64,000 nt of DNA from a virus, in the IMG/VR virus record IMGVR_UViG_3300021478_000015, positions 32,001 to 96,000 of that record. One strand, 5' to 3'. This document shows positions 36,501-44,903 of this stretch, piece by piece (the first letter of the stretch is position 1; each line of letters starts with the position of its first letter). The position numbers were made by a program, and so were the translations under genes. The notes under the pieces were generated by a model. That model saw only the letters and a program-made list of their open reading frames with translations, did no database searches and was not told the origin of the DNA.

Positions 36501-37964
36501 CGTAAGAAGCAGGACGATCTCACTATCGACACCCATGCAGTCTCGCTGGCGGCCGGAGCCAAGTTCGGAGCCAGCGCCCCGGAGATCAAGACCATGTTCG
36601 CCAATGGGGCCAACAAGGAGCAGAATGTCACCGGCACCTACGGTTACTTGGCCGATGCCTACCGCAAGGCCCACAAGGATCTGGTGGACTCCGGCGAGAT
36701 GCCCAAGACCAGTTCGCCCCATCACCTGCAGGCCGTCACCTGGACCCACTGGCGCGACATCAACGACGAGCCCGGTCCGCTGAAGGAAGCCAACAAGGGC
36801 CGCTTCCGCGACTACTCCGGTGAGAACGCCGCCCGGCTGAAGAAGTTCCGCCAGGAGCGGGCGCAGAGCCAACAGGTGGCCGCCAGCATTCACTGGGCGG
36901 CCGATGACACCGATCCTGACGATTCTGGCGACCTGCTCGATCCCACCGCCTACGACCCCGACGCCATCGATCCGGACTTCGATCCGGACCTGGCTGACGA
37001 GGCCGAGCAGGCTGAGTGGGATGCCGAGCCCGAGGAGATGGCCCAGCGCCAGGCCGAGCGCACCGAGAGCGATGCCCTGGCCCGGCGGAATGACCACGGT
37101 CAGCTACCCCGCATCTCCATGCTGCATTGGTCAAGTGTCCAAGACAGCGGGATTTCCGAGGATGTCGATCCCGGCACCGCCGATGCCATGGACGAGGCCT
37201 CATCGGTGCAGAAGGCCTACAACGACGAGGCGGAGGCGGCTCAGGATGACTGGTACTTCAACCAGCCCAACAACACCAAGCCCTTCGCGGACAACTCGGC
37301 CAACGTCCCCACCTACATGAGCGCCCTCCCCCATGGGGCCTCGATGGTGCGTTGGGGTGCGGAGGCGGCCGAGGAGATGCTCAGAGACGAGCCCGAGGGG
37401 GCCTTGCCCTCTACGGACGGTGGAGCGCCCTCAGAGGACTGGGAGGCCCAGCACTCCACCACGGCCGCCGATCCCATCAGCGCCGGTCCTGCGGGCTTTG
37501 GGAGCCCTTTGGACCCCGGCTACAGCCATGAGGACCTGGGCTACCCCGAAGCCGACGAAGCGGTTCTGCGGCCATCCGGCGGGCCAGGGGCCGGGTCCTT
37601 CATGAACAAGATGGAAGACCAGTTCACATCGCTGGACGCGACAGGCTCTCTGGACCCCGGAGCCGGGAGTAGAGCTTGGCTGCTTCAAGGAGATCCCTCT
37701 CGAAATGCTGGTGGTGACCAGGGCATCAGGGATTCCGACATCGCAGCCATGGCTCGGCGCTTCTTAGATACGGGTGAGCTACCCGAGGGGTCGGGACCGC
37801 AAGCCAAGGTGGCGGCCAAGGTGTTCTCTCCGGCCGAGCAGCAGGAGTTGATCCAGGAGGGCTCAGACGGCACCAGGGCCTCCAACCTCGATCGCCTGCA
37901 GTTGGAGGGCACCCACTACCAGCCGGACGAAGACGAGGAACTTGAGGGGCTCTTTGATGCCTGA
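33534..37964 (+). CDS. 1476-aa polyvalent head-associated protein: Cys-rich domain, SWIM finger, 2H phosphoesterase, HhH-glycosylase-like domain
   Basis: Follows portal; CTC..CSH (SWIM); HVT and HLT (2H); WYRDAH..AALSPQ..W..N..GHKV..F..N..TIDTHA..Y...Y..LQAVTW. Confidence 0.8.
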   Translation: MPFSSFPHLRKTARAEANVASRDYPELEEVLVERPPPNSHQAKGVDGLCALCNAEPATQEISGTTVGERCAEHLMGVPGAGTAPPEFGQAIYGSREVVDKLYPKTGGILDWLDRKIGPLAPPQGNRWSFDWCRYRHDSHCFYPSGLDPQATSLAGYAVWSPQDRGTCPRISWESQEACPIGAPGPNSGVSGAAPDAYTLQQPARPRGFLNRLFGSLDQKDPDFRFHFIATWADVRAKANELKTTGCVRIISSPTATNPYTMAEVKSGDRVYQTTILRTLGGRSVAGWECTCAWAHYAWGRSGRWQRFEGRMCSHALATYMTPKKTPEYDKTKEVDEKNKWPEPYRSPLGPSPVIPVTTQTFSPGDPIPEFKPSDKMQRYLETGTSAEKDREGNPIENWRQDISKREPEVLQWMEDYEKRGSLHKLSNFSPERPIAMEVEARLEAGEHPNVVLSYLREAGAPWPEYILTEAMQKPFIARDPADELHTIVHLDGGEAVTDAGERIPAEHLFHPEFDWHSGLEPPAQLQSHAAKIQRDPSPHLNADGSVHSGVMIALVPPDKVRQNLAVEDGETPENMHVTVGYLGKKDSVDPDALHRAVSSFAKEAPPLRGKVSGFGNFEVDPDRNDGYSHAHVGLVDIPGISGFRSKLEEHLGREGLKINDEHGIQPHLTVAYGHEPAEYDQMPDTTDHFDLPHVTVGHGGEWTHYPLEGSPPVPKEGMLRWVAVGGYGDLLAPHWQPSEPAQGRGRGRAHNPDATKFSTYDPNFQKKISTQFHDNVPSELGVNSHKDLVENIKGMYREAKKTNPNAVRAGMSWYRDAHNFNKQLADKHPDGNLRKALGMTAALSPQNHWEENKTQAEYIHHHLSADPDSEDGRFNISTEHAQAAMDKQAEQASVVKGNRQVQQLTPGKRFADMSHEEAAHSLKAQAQYTHQLKVPGRLKNNGEPWSATFANGTGAITKAVRIHRGEDPDDVLQGHKVRSFFNNMADHTNRKKQDDLTIDTHAVSLAAGAKFGASAPEIKTMFANGANKEQNVTGTYGYLADAYRKAHKDLVDSGEMPKTSSPHHLQAVTWTHWRDINDEPGPLKEANKGRFRDYSGENAARLKKFRQERAQSQQVAASIHWAADDTDPDDSGDLLDPTAYDPDAIDPDFDPDLADEAEQAEWDAEPEEMAQRQAERTESDALARRNDHGQLPRISMLHWSSVQDSGISEDVDPGTADAMDEASSVQKAYNDEAEAAQDDWYFNQPNNTKPFADNSANVPTYMSALPHGASMVRWGAEAAEEMLRDEPEGALPSTDGGAPSEDWEAQHSTTAADPISAGPAGFGSPLDPGYSHEDLGYPEADEAVLRPSGGPGAGSFMNKMEDQFTSLDATGSLDPGAGSRAWLLQGDPSRNAGGDQGIRDSDIAAMARRFLDTGELPEGSGPQAKVAAKVFSPAEQQELIQEGSDGTRASNLDRLQLEGTHYQPDEDEELEGLFDA

Positions 37965-38310
37965 TGTCGAGCGCCATCCCGAGGGTGATGTCGAGGACGT
38001 GGTCTCCGGCTACCGGGTGTACAAGCCCTTCGTTCCGCATGTCCTGGACGAGGAACTGGCCACCGAGCTTGGCCGGGACAAGGTCGATATCGCCTTTGAG
38101 GGTGATCCGGCCACTGCCTCAGAGGATGAGCCGGTCATCATCTACATCCCTCATGACATCCCGGTCAAGCAGGTCACCCGCATCCTGGCCGCCCATGAGA
38201 CTGCTCCGGCGGTGGATGCCTTGGCTGATGTCAGGGGAAAGTTGGAGCGAGACGAAGAGCTAAGTGATCGTGAGGTCAGGGCTGTTCTCAAGTTCTTGCT
38301 GGGGATCTGA
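37957..38310 (+). CDS. Hypothetical protein, probably virion-associated
   Basis: Overlap-coupled between polyvalent protein and fibre genes. Confidence 0.6.
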   Translation: MPDVERHPEGDVEDVVSGYRVYKPFVPHVLDEELATELGRDKVDIAFEGDPATASEDEPVIIYIPHDIPVKQVTRILAAHETAPAVDALADVRGKLERDEELSDREVRAVLKFLLGI

Positions 38311-39305
38311 TGGCCACATCCATCTCAGCCCGGAACTACTCCTCTACCACTCTGCCCACGCAGATCACCACCAATATCGATAATCAGACCACCACCAATA
38401 ACATTCCGGTGGTATCCACTGCTGGCTATCCTCCGGCTCCTTTCACCGGTTGTTTCGAACGCAATACCATCAATCAAGAGTTCTGTCTGGTCACTGGCAT
38501 TCCTGATGCCTATCACTTCACTGTGGTTCGAGGGTATGACGGTACTCCTCCGGTGCAACACCTGGCCCCGGCCACATTCGAGCATTGTGTCGGAGCCATT
38601 GACTACCGCGAGGCCAACTGGCATCACACCGACAACACCCGCGACGATCACCTCCAGTATCTCCTGACCAACGGGTCGAGGCCCTCCACCGGCCCGCAGG
38701 CCTTTCCGGCTGGGATCAGCACCAACATCCTGTCGGTGGCCGGGAACACCCCTGGCTCCTACGTGGCCACTCGGTACGTCGGAGGGACGGCCGGTCCTGG
38801 GCCGCCGGGAGCGGGGACCTATCAGGTAGGGGACTGGGCGCTCGACACCATCAACTCCCGCTGGCTGTGCGTGCTGGCTGGCACCCCCGGTACCTGGATC
38901 CCTGAGACCGGCCATGTCTACGCCCGTGTCTATGGACCTGCTGCATCTACAGACATCGTCAATACCACCATCAATGTACTGACCTATACCTTCACTGCAG
39001 TGAAGGGCGTGCAGTATGTGGTGGATGCTCGGTTCCAGGCCTCGATAGTCACGGCTCTTCCTAACTACGTCAACTCCGCCTTGTATTGCTCGGGTGGATT
39101 GCTGACGCCTACGGTTTACATCTGCAGCTTCAACTCGGCGGCGTTGGCTGTAGGTGGGGCCTTCAATGGATCAGCGACGGCAGCCTTGAACATTCCGGCG
39201 GCTACGGCCACTGTCACTCTGACCTTGCAAGCCACCTCATCGGGAGCCGGAGCAGCGGCCAGGTGTGGAGGATACAACGGTGAACTGATCTTGAGGAGAG
39301 GCTGA
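38310..39305 (+). CDS. Tail-fibre/minor tail-like protein, paralogue 1
   Basis: Conserved N-terminal domain (GYP..PFT, E.VLVT, VVRGYDGT, DDHLQY); Gly/Thr/Ala-rich beta C-terminus. Confidence 0.7.
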   Translation: MATSISARNYSSTTLPTQITTNIDNQTTTNNIPVVSTAGYPPAPFTGCFERNTINQEFCLVTGIPDAYHFTVVRGYDGTPPVQHLAPATFEHCVGAIDYREANWHHTDNTRDDHLQYLLTNGSRPSTGPQAFPAGISTNILSVAGNTPGSYVATRYVGGTAGPGPPGAGTYQVGDWALDTINSRWLCVLAGTPGTWIPETGHVYARVYGPAASTDIVNTTINVLTYTFTAVKGVQYVVDARFQASIVTALPNYVNSALYCSGGLLTPTVYICSFNSAALAVGGAFNGSATAALNIPAATATVTLTLQATSSGAGAAARCGGYNGELILRRG

Positions 39306-40300
39306 TGCCCACCGCTATCTCGGCTCGCAACTTCAATAACACCGCTCCTCCCACCAACATCACCGCCAACATCGACAATGCCCTGACCACCACCAACATC
39401 CCGGTCACCTCCACCGCCGGATATCCTCCGGTCCCCTTCACCGGCTGCCTGGAGCGCAACACCCTCAACCAGGAGTTCGTGCTGGTCACCAACGTCATCG
39501 ACGCCAACCACTTCAGCGTGGTGCGCGGCTACGACGGCACCCCGGCCATCAACCACGTCGCCCCAGCCACCTTCGAGCACTGCACCGGAGCCATCGACTT
39601 CCGGGAGGCCAACCAGCACCATACCGACACCACCAGGGACGACCACCTGCAGTACGTGCCGACCAATGGCTCCCGAGCCATCACCGGGCCACAGACCTTC
39701 AACGCCGGGATCAGCGCCCAGACCTTGGCTCTGGCCGGATTCCCCGGTGCCAACATCGCCACCCGATACGTGGGCGGCACTGGTCCTACCGCTCAGGGTC
39801 CGCCAGGAGCGGGGACCTTCCTGGTCGGTGACTGGGTCCGCGACATCGTTGGGGTGGTCTGGACCTGCGTGGTGGCTGGCTCTCCGGGCACCTGGATACC
39901 TGAGTGCGGTCGCACCATATGGAACGTCAAGGGGCCAGGCGCGCCCATGGACGTGGTCAACACCACCCGGACCCTGATCTCTCACACCTTCTCAGCGGTG
40001 AAGAACGTTCAGTACATCGCTAATGTGAGCATCCAGGGAACCATCGTCACGGCTATTCCTGGTTACATCAACTGTGTTGTCACCGGATCAGCCGGGACAT
40101 TGACCGGAAGCATTTTCGTGATGTCCTACAATGCTACGGCGTTGGCGGTAGGTGCTGTCATGGGCGGCAGCTTGACCATTGGGCTCAACGTGCTCGGGGC
40201 TACGGCCAATACCACCATCACGGTGACGGCAGCAGCATCTATTCATGGGGCCTATCGATTGGGTGCAGGGGCGGCGCAGTTGATGATCTGGAGAGGCTGA
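39305..40300 (+). CDS. Tail-fibre/minor tail-like protein, paralogue 2
   Basis: Same N-terminal domain; C-terminus similar to paralogue 1. Confidence 0.7.
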   Translation: MPTAISARNFNNTAPPTNITANIDNALTTTNIPVTSTAGYPPVPFTGCLERNTLNQEFVLVTNVIDANHFSVVRGYDGTPAINHVAPATFEHCTGAIDFREANQHHTDTTRDDHLQYVPTNGSRAITGPQTFNAGISAQTLALAGFPGANIATRYVGGTGPTAQGPPGAGTFLVGDWVRDIVGVVWTCVVAGSPGTWIPECGRTIWNVKGPGAPMDVVNTTRTLISHTFSAVKNVQYIANVSIQGTIVTAIPGYINCVVTGSAGTLTGSIFVMSYNATALAVGAVMGGSLTIGLNVLGATANTTITVTAAASIHGAYRLGAGAAQLMIWRG

Positions 40301-41302
40301 ATGGCTACTCCCATCGCGGTCAGGAACTACTCCTCCACCGCTCTTCCCACCCAGATCAGCACCAATATCGACAACCAGTTGACCACCACCAACATCCCGG
40401 TGGTCTCCACGTCGGGATATCCACCGGCTCCTTTCACTGGCTGCTTCGAGCGTAATACCATCAATCAGGAGTTCGTACTGGTCACGGGTGTTCCCGATGG
40501 GTTTCACTTCATCGTGGTGCGGGGTTATGACGGCACGCCTCCAGTGCAGCATCTCGCTCCAGCTACCTTCGAGCACTGTGTGGGTGCCATCGATTATCGA
40601 GAAGCGAACTGGCATCACACTGACACCACTCGGGATGATCATCTGCAGTATGTCCCAGCTAATGGATCGAGGCCTTTCACCGCCCCTATGTCGGCTCCGG
40701 GCGTAGCCTCGAACCTGACCGGCACCAGTGGACGTTATGTCGGTGTGACCCACGGGGCTCCCACCGGAACCAGCGTGACCTATCAGGTCAACGACTACGC
40801 CAGTGATCCTACGAATCATTGCTTCTGGTATTGCACTACGGCAGGCGCGCCGGGGACCTGGACATCTTCCTTGGTCCTCCCCGCCGCCCGACTCTTTGCC
40901 TCAGCGCAGACGGTGATAGGAGTCAACGCCTATGCTCAGGTCGTCTCATTAGCTCAGGATCACGCGGTGGGTGGATGTACGACAGCCTCCAACGCCATCA
41001 AGCTTCCTATCAGTGGGATCTACCGGGTGTCCTGTGCGATCATGTGGCAAACCAGCAACAATCCAGCGGGAGCAGGTCGTTACGTCGCGGCTATCTTTCG
41101 TAATGGAGCCATGGTTCGACAGTACAATCAATACACCTATGGATCGGCATTTGCTCATCCTGGGGGGTCAGATACCGGGCAGTACGCCGCTAATGATCTC
41201 ATTACTCTTTACGGCTGGCAGGGCAGTAGTGGGGTAGAAGGCACTTATGCTGGTTCGCCGTACACGTATATTGCTGTTGAGTTTGTGAGCATGCTCTCAT
41301 GA
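40301..41302 (+). CDS. Tail-fibre/minor tail-like protein, paralogue 3
   Basis: Same N-terminal domain; different C1q/jelly-roll-like tip (SGIYRV, NDLITLYGWQ). Confidence 0.7.
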   Translation: MATPIAVRNYSSTALPTQISTNIDNQLTTTNIPVVSTSGYPPAPFTGCFERNTINQEFVLVTGVPDGFHFIVVRGYDGTPPVQHLAPATFEHCVGAIDYREANWHHTDTTRDDHLQYVPANGSRPFTAPMSAPGVASNLTGTSGRYVGVTHGAPTGTSVTYQVNDYASDPTNHCFWYCTTAGAPGTWTSSLVLPAARLFASAQTVIGVNAYAQVVSLAQDHAVGGCTTASNAIKLPISGIYRVSCAIMWQTSNNPAGAGRYVAAIFRNGAMVRQYNQYTYGSAFAHPGGSDTGQYAANDLITLYGWQGSSGVEGTYAGSPYTYIAVEFVSMLS

Positions 41303-41318
41303 CGCGAAAGGTTGTGGC

Positions 41319-42155
41319 ATGACCATTTACGTGCAGATGGACAACTCGGCTGCCGTCGAGCATTACCGAGATGATCCTGACTCCGAGGAACTCAAGACTC
41401 GCGCCTTGACCGGCGAGCGTATCTTCGAGATCTCCTTTCCCGATGGTGACGAGGAGAACCCCGTCACTCTGCGGGAGATGATCATGACCACCATGGCCAC
41501 CTACCGGCATCACCAGGAGGCCGGGAACACCGAGGGCCGTGCTCTGGTCCGGCCCAGGTGGGTGCGCTCCAATGACGATCGGCTGGAGGCTGCCCTGGTC
41601 GATGAGTACCGCATCACCAAGAACGAGATCCCGAGTGGCTTCGGCTCCGAGCATGGCTCCTGGGATCAGGTGGCCATGCCCTCCCTGCGGACCATCACCC
41701 AGACGGCCAGCTTGCTCAGCCTGAGCTTGTACGTCTTGGCCGCCTGGAGCCTGTTCCGCCTCACCCGGCTCAACCTGAGGACCACGGTCGGGCGCGACTG
41801 GCAGGCCAACCTCATGGGCAACCCGGCCAACAATGGCACCGGGGTCTACGCCGCGGCCGCCTGGATCGGGCTCACCGCCGACAGCACTGCGCCCACCTTG
41901 GCCGACACGGTCTTGCCGGGCGAGATCATCTCAGGTACCTTGACCCGTGCCCAGGGGGCCTACGGGCATACCACCGGAGCAGCCAGCTATACGGTCAGCA
42001 AGCTGTTCGTGTCCGACCAGAGCATCACCATTCCTAAGATCGGAATCTTCAATGGTCCTACCGGTGGGTCACCATTCATCGAGACCATGTTGTCGGCTAC
42101 TGCAGTATTGAACTCGGGGGACCAGTTGCAGATAGTCTCAACTGTCACTTTGTAG
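41319..42155 (+). CDS. Virion structural protein (tail/baseplate-like C-terminal domain)
   Basis: IGLTADSTAP...DTVL.GEI...L.RA...Y.HT.G, IGIFN, L.SGDQL. Confidence 0.6.
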   Translation: MTIYVQMDNSAAVEHYRDDPDSEELKTRALTGERIFEISFPDGDEENPVTLREMIMTTMATYRHHQEAGNTEGRALVRPRWVRSNDDRLEAALVDEYRITKNEIPSGFGSEHGSWDQVAMPSLRTITQTASLLSLSLYVLAAWSLFRLTRLNLRTTVGRDWQANLMGNPANNGTGVYAAAAWIGLTADSTAPTLADTVLPGEIISGTLTRAQGAYGHTTGAASYTVSKLFVSDQSITIPKIGIFNGPTGGSPFIETMLSATAVLNSGDQLQIVSTVTL

Positions 42156-42827
42156 ATGCGCTCTGATGGTACCCATTCCGACAATGGTCGGAAGATGTAC
42201 TGCTATGTGTGCGCTCATCCATGGCGGAATCTCATTGATCTAGAGATCCACGAAGATAAGCCGCCGGGCACCATCTGGGGCCATCTGCCGGTCACCCCCT
42301 CAGTCCCGTTGCCCACCATCCCCGAGATCAAGCGCCATCAGCAACGGAGCCACATGCGGCCCAAGGACGTGATCCTGGCTGAGCAGGCCTACAAGCTCAA
42401 GCTGCTCAACGATCTCATCGACGGTCCGGATCCCATCGAGGCTATGCACGCCTCCCTGGTCGCTCCCATCCCCCCTCTTCCACCCCGGCCCAAGCCGCGC
42501 AACACCAAGCCTGCGCCCCGGCTGTCCACCAAGCCTCCAGAGGCGGCCTGGAGCCCCTGGGTGCTCCGCTACCGCCAGACCAAGTCCGGATGGACCCCGG
42601 AGGCCCAGATGGCCCTCAGGGACCTCCAGCACAACCGCTGCTGGGTCTGTGACGCCGACAACCCCACCTGCTTCGATGTCATCACCAAGGACGAAGGCCA
42701 GACGGTGTACGGTTACCTGTGCCAACGCTGTAAGGGGGCGGTGTCCATGCTGGATCACAACCCGATCCTCCTTGGTCGAGCGCAGGATTACCTGTTGAAC
42801 CCCCCGTCGAAAAGGATGCTGCAGTAG
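42156..42827 (+). CDS. Protein with C-terminal endonuclease VII-like domain, possibly inactive
   Basis: Q..RCWVC...VYGYLCQRC...M.DHNP.LL.RA.DYL; canonical DH and N residues not evident. Confidence 0.55.
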   Translation: MRSDGTHSDNGRKMYCYVCAHPWRNLIDLEIHEDKPPGTIWGHLPVTPSVPLPTIPEIKRHQQRSHMRPKDVILAEQAYKLKLLNDLIDGPDPIEAMHASLVAPIPPLPPRPKPRNTKPAPRLSTKPPEAAWSPWVLRYRQTKSGWTPEAQMALRDLQHNRCWVCDADNPTCFDVITKDEGQTVYGYLCQRCKGAVSMLDHNPILLGRAQDYLLNPPSKRMLQ

Positions 42828-42847
42828 TCCATAGAAAAGGGGTTGGA

Positions 42848-43510
42848 ATGTCCATGCATCAAGAGCTACAGCCTGAGCATCGAGCCCGATGGGGACCGGC
42901 CTGTGGGGTGGCCTTCGTGGTGCTGCTGGTGGCGAGCTTCCTGGTCGGAAGCACGCCCAACACCAACAAGTCACCCGCCTACATCCTGGCCTGGTACAAC
43001 AAGAGCAGTCACCAGACCCAGTTGAAGGTCTCTCTGCTGCTGACCGACATCGCCATCGTGTTCGCCATCTTCTGGTTCGGCTACCTGCGGGACCGCTGGG
43101 GTCGTACCGACATCGGAGCCCGGTTGGCCCCGGTCCTGTTGGTGGGGGCCGGGATATCGGTCCTCGGAGGTTTGATCTTCTCGGGGACCTCGTTGGCCCT
43201 CTTCGATGAGCCCAAGCACATGACCCCCGACACCGCTCAGACCCTGAACTTCCTCAACTCCGATCTCGGTGCCCTGGCCACCGTCGTCGGGGTGTCGATC
43301 CTCATGTTCGCGGCAGGGTTCATCATCCTGAAGACCAGGATCGTGCCGGTGTGGCTGGCCTGGGTTAGCTTCGTGTTGGCCGTGGTGGCCCTGGCCGGGC
43401 CGATCGGGTTCTTCGCCTTCCTGGGCATGGGCATCTGGACCCTGATCGTGGCCTTTCTGATGTGGCGTTATGAGGAGACCTTGCCAGTGGAGGTAGTCGC
43501 CCCGGCATAG
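42848..43510 (+). CDS. Multi-pass (about 6 TM) membrane protein, host-like
   Basis: Several hydrophobic segments; P.WLAW motif. Confidence 0.75.
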   Translation: MSMHQELQPEHRARWGPACGVAFVVLLVASFLVGSTPNTNKSPAYILAWYNKSSHQTQLKVSLLLTDIAIVFAIFWFGYLRDRWGRTDIGARLAPVLLVGAGISVLGGLIFSGTSLALFDEPKHMTPDTAQTLNFLNSDLGALATVVGVSILMFAAGFIILKTRIVPVWLAWVSFVLAVVALAGPIGFFAFLGMGIWTLIVAFLMWRYEETLPVEVVAPA

Positions 43511-43513
43511 GCC

Positions 43514-43545
43514 GACTTGCGGGCTCTAAGAAAACCTGCTAAGCT
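43514..43545 (+). promoter_or_regulatory. Repeated phage promoter, copy 7
   Basis: GAC TTGCGG gctctaagaaaacctgc TAAGCT ggtggg ATG. Confidence 0.85.
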
Positions 43546-43577
43546 GGTGGGATGACCACCAAACTGAGTAATCCATC

Positions 43578-44204
43578 ATGAGACCGCGTGACAGTCAGCG
43601 GAGCAAGCTCTACGCCGCCGAGGCTATCTTGCAGGGCGCTCCCGACTTTAAGACCGTCCAGGAATGCCAGGCCTTTGCCGATTCGGTTATGGCCAACCGC
43701 TGGGTCCGAGCCCGCTGGAATCGCTACATCGAAGTGCGTCCCGGCAAGGGTCATACCCGAGCCACCGGCAGTCACTCCTCGGGCATCATTCAGCTACCGC
43801 TGTGGTCCCGTCAACGCTTGGTCGTTTTGCATGAAGTGGCCCACGTCCTGACCCCCGGCAACTATGCCCATCACGGCCCGGAGTACGCTGGGGTTCTGCT
43901 CTCCCTGGTCCACCACGTCCTCGGGGCTGAACAAGCGGCCAAGCTGCGAGTCAGCTATCGAGAACACCGGGTCCGGTACAACCTCAAGGGCGTTCCATCT
44001 TCGCCTCGCTATACCGTGCCCACCCAGGCCTCGGTGGCGGCCAAGCAGCGTGAGCGCAACACCCGGCCGTTGTCCTCTGACGAGAAGGTCGCCATGGCGG
44101 CTATGTTGCGCCGGGGAGCCAAGGCCGGTCAGTTCGGTCCCTCGGGACGCAAGCCCCGAGCGAATGCCTTGGCCCTGGCCAGGCTGCTGGAGGTGGCCCC
44201 ATGA
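43578..44204 (+). CDS. HExxH zincin (SprT-like) metallopeptidase
   Basis: RDSQRSKLYAAE; VVLHEVAH...HGPEY. Confidence 0.75.
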   Translation: MRPRDSQRSKLYAAEAILQGAPDFKTVQECQAFADSVMANRWVRARWNRYIEVRPGKGHTRATGSHSSGIIQLPLWSRQRLVVLHEVAHVLTPGNYAHHGPEYAGVLLSLVHHVLGAEQAAKLRVSYREHRVRYNLKGVPSSPRYTVPTQASVAAKQRERNTRPLSSDEKVAMAAMLRRGAKAGQFGPSGRKPRANALALARLLEVAP

Positions 44205-44674
44205 TGACCCCTCGACGGCGCAGTGAGGCCGAGGTAGTGATGCGCCTGCGCCAGAACCATGATGACTTCCTGGGCTTCAAGCGGGAGGTGCTGGCCGATC
44301 ATCTCAGCGTCGAGGCACTCCGAGAGTTTGCCACCAAGGATTCGGACCTGAGTGACTGGCGGCCCCGTTCTTTGGACCTGGAGCCGGTCATGACCGAGCT
44401 TGGTGACTACATGGAGTTCGCCTGGGGCAAGGTCGCAGATCACCGGGGTATCTCTGCCAATCGCAGCGTGGACAAAGTGGGAGAATATGTCTGGTTACTC
44501 GGACTTGATGACCTGTTGGCTGAGATGGAAGCAGCCGACTATCCTCAATATGGAGCGCCAAAGTTAGCTGTGGTATGCCAAGCCTTGATGCTGGTCATTC
44601 CAGATGATGAAGGCATTCAGCGTATGATCCAGGGTCTACCATGCGAACCTGGATGTGATGAGGGATGTGGCTAG
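44201..44674 (+). CDS. Hypothetical protein
   Basis: ATGA-coupled; YMEFAWGK...HRGISA.RS, YGAPKL. Confidence 0.65.
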   Translation: MMTPRRRSEAEVVMRLRQNHDDFLGFKREVLADHLSVEALREFATKDSDLSDWRPRSLDLEPVMTELGDYMEFAWGKVADHRGISANRSVDKVGEYVWLLGLDDLLAEMEAADYPQYGAPKLAVVCQALMLVIPDDEGIQRMIQGLPCEPGCDEGCG

Positions 44675-44833
44675 TTCATCAATATGGCGAGTAGTATGCC
44701 TAAGGTAAATGCCAGTACTCCCGTCAATATCGCAATGCTTAACCAGATCAACAGGATGCCCGTATGCTTCCGCCGGACTTGGGTCACCCCGTCATCGTAG
44801 AGGTGGCGGGAGTGACCCCCAGGTATAGAGAGC

Positions 44834-44865
44834 GACTTGCGTTCTCTAAGAGATTCTGATAGAGT
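44834..44865 (+). promoter_or_regulatory. Repeated phage promoter, copy 8
   Basis: GAC TTGCGT tctctaagagattctga TAGAGT. Confidence 0.75.
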
Positions 44866-44903
44866 ACCGATCCTATGACCACCACTCATAATCAGGCCTG
44901 CTA

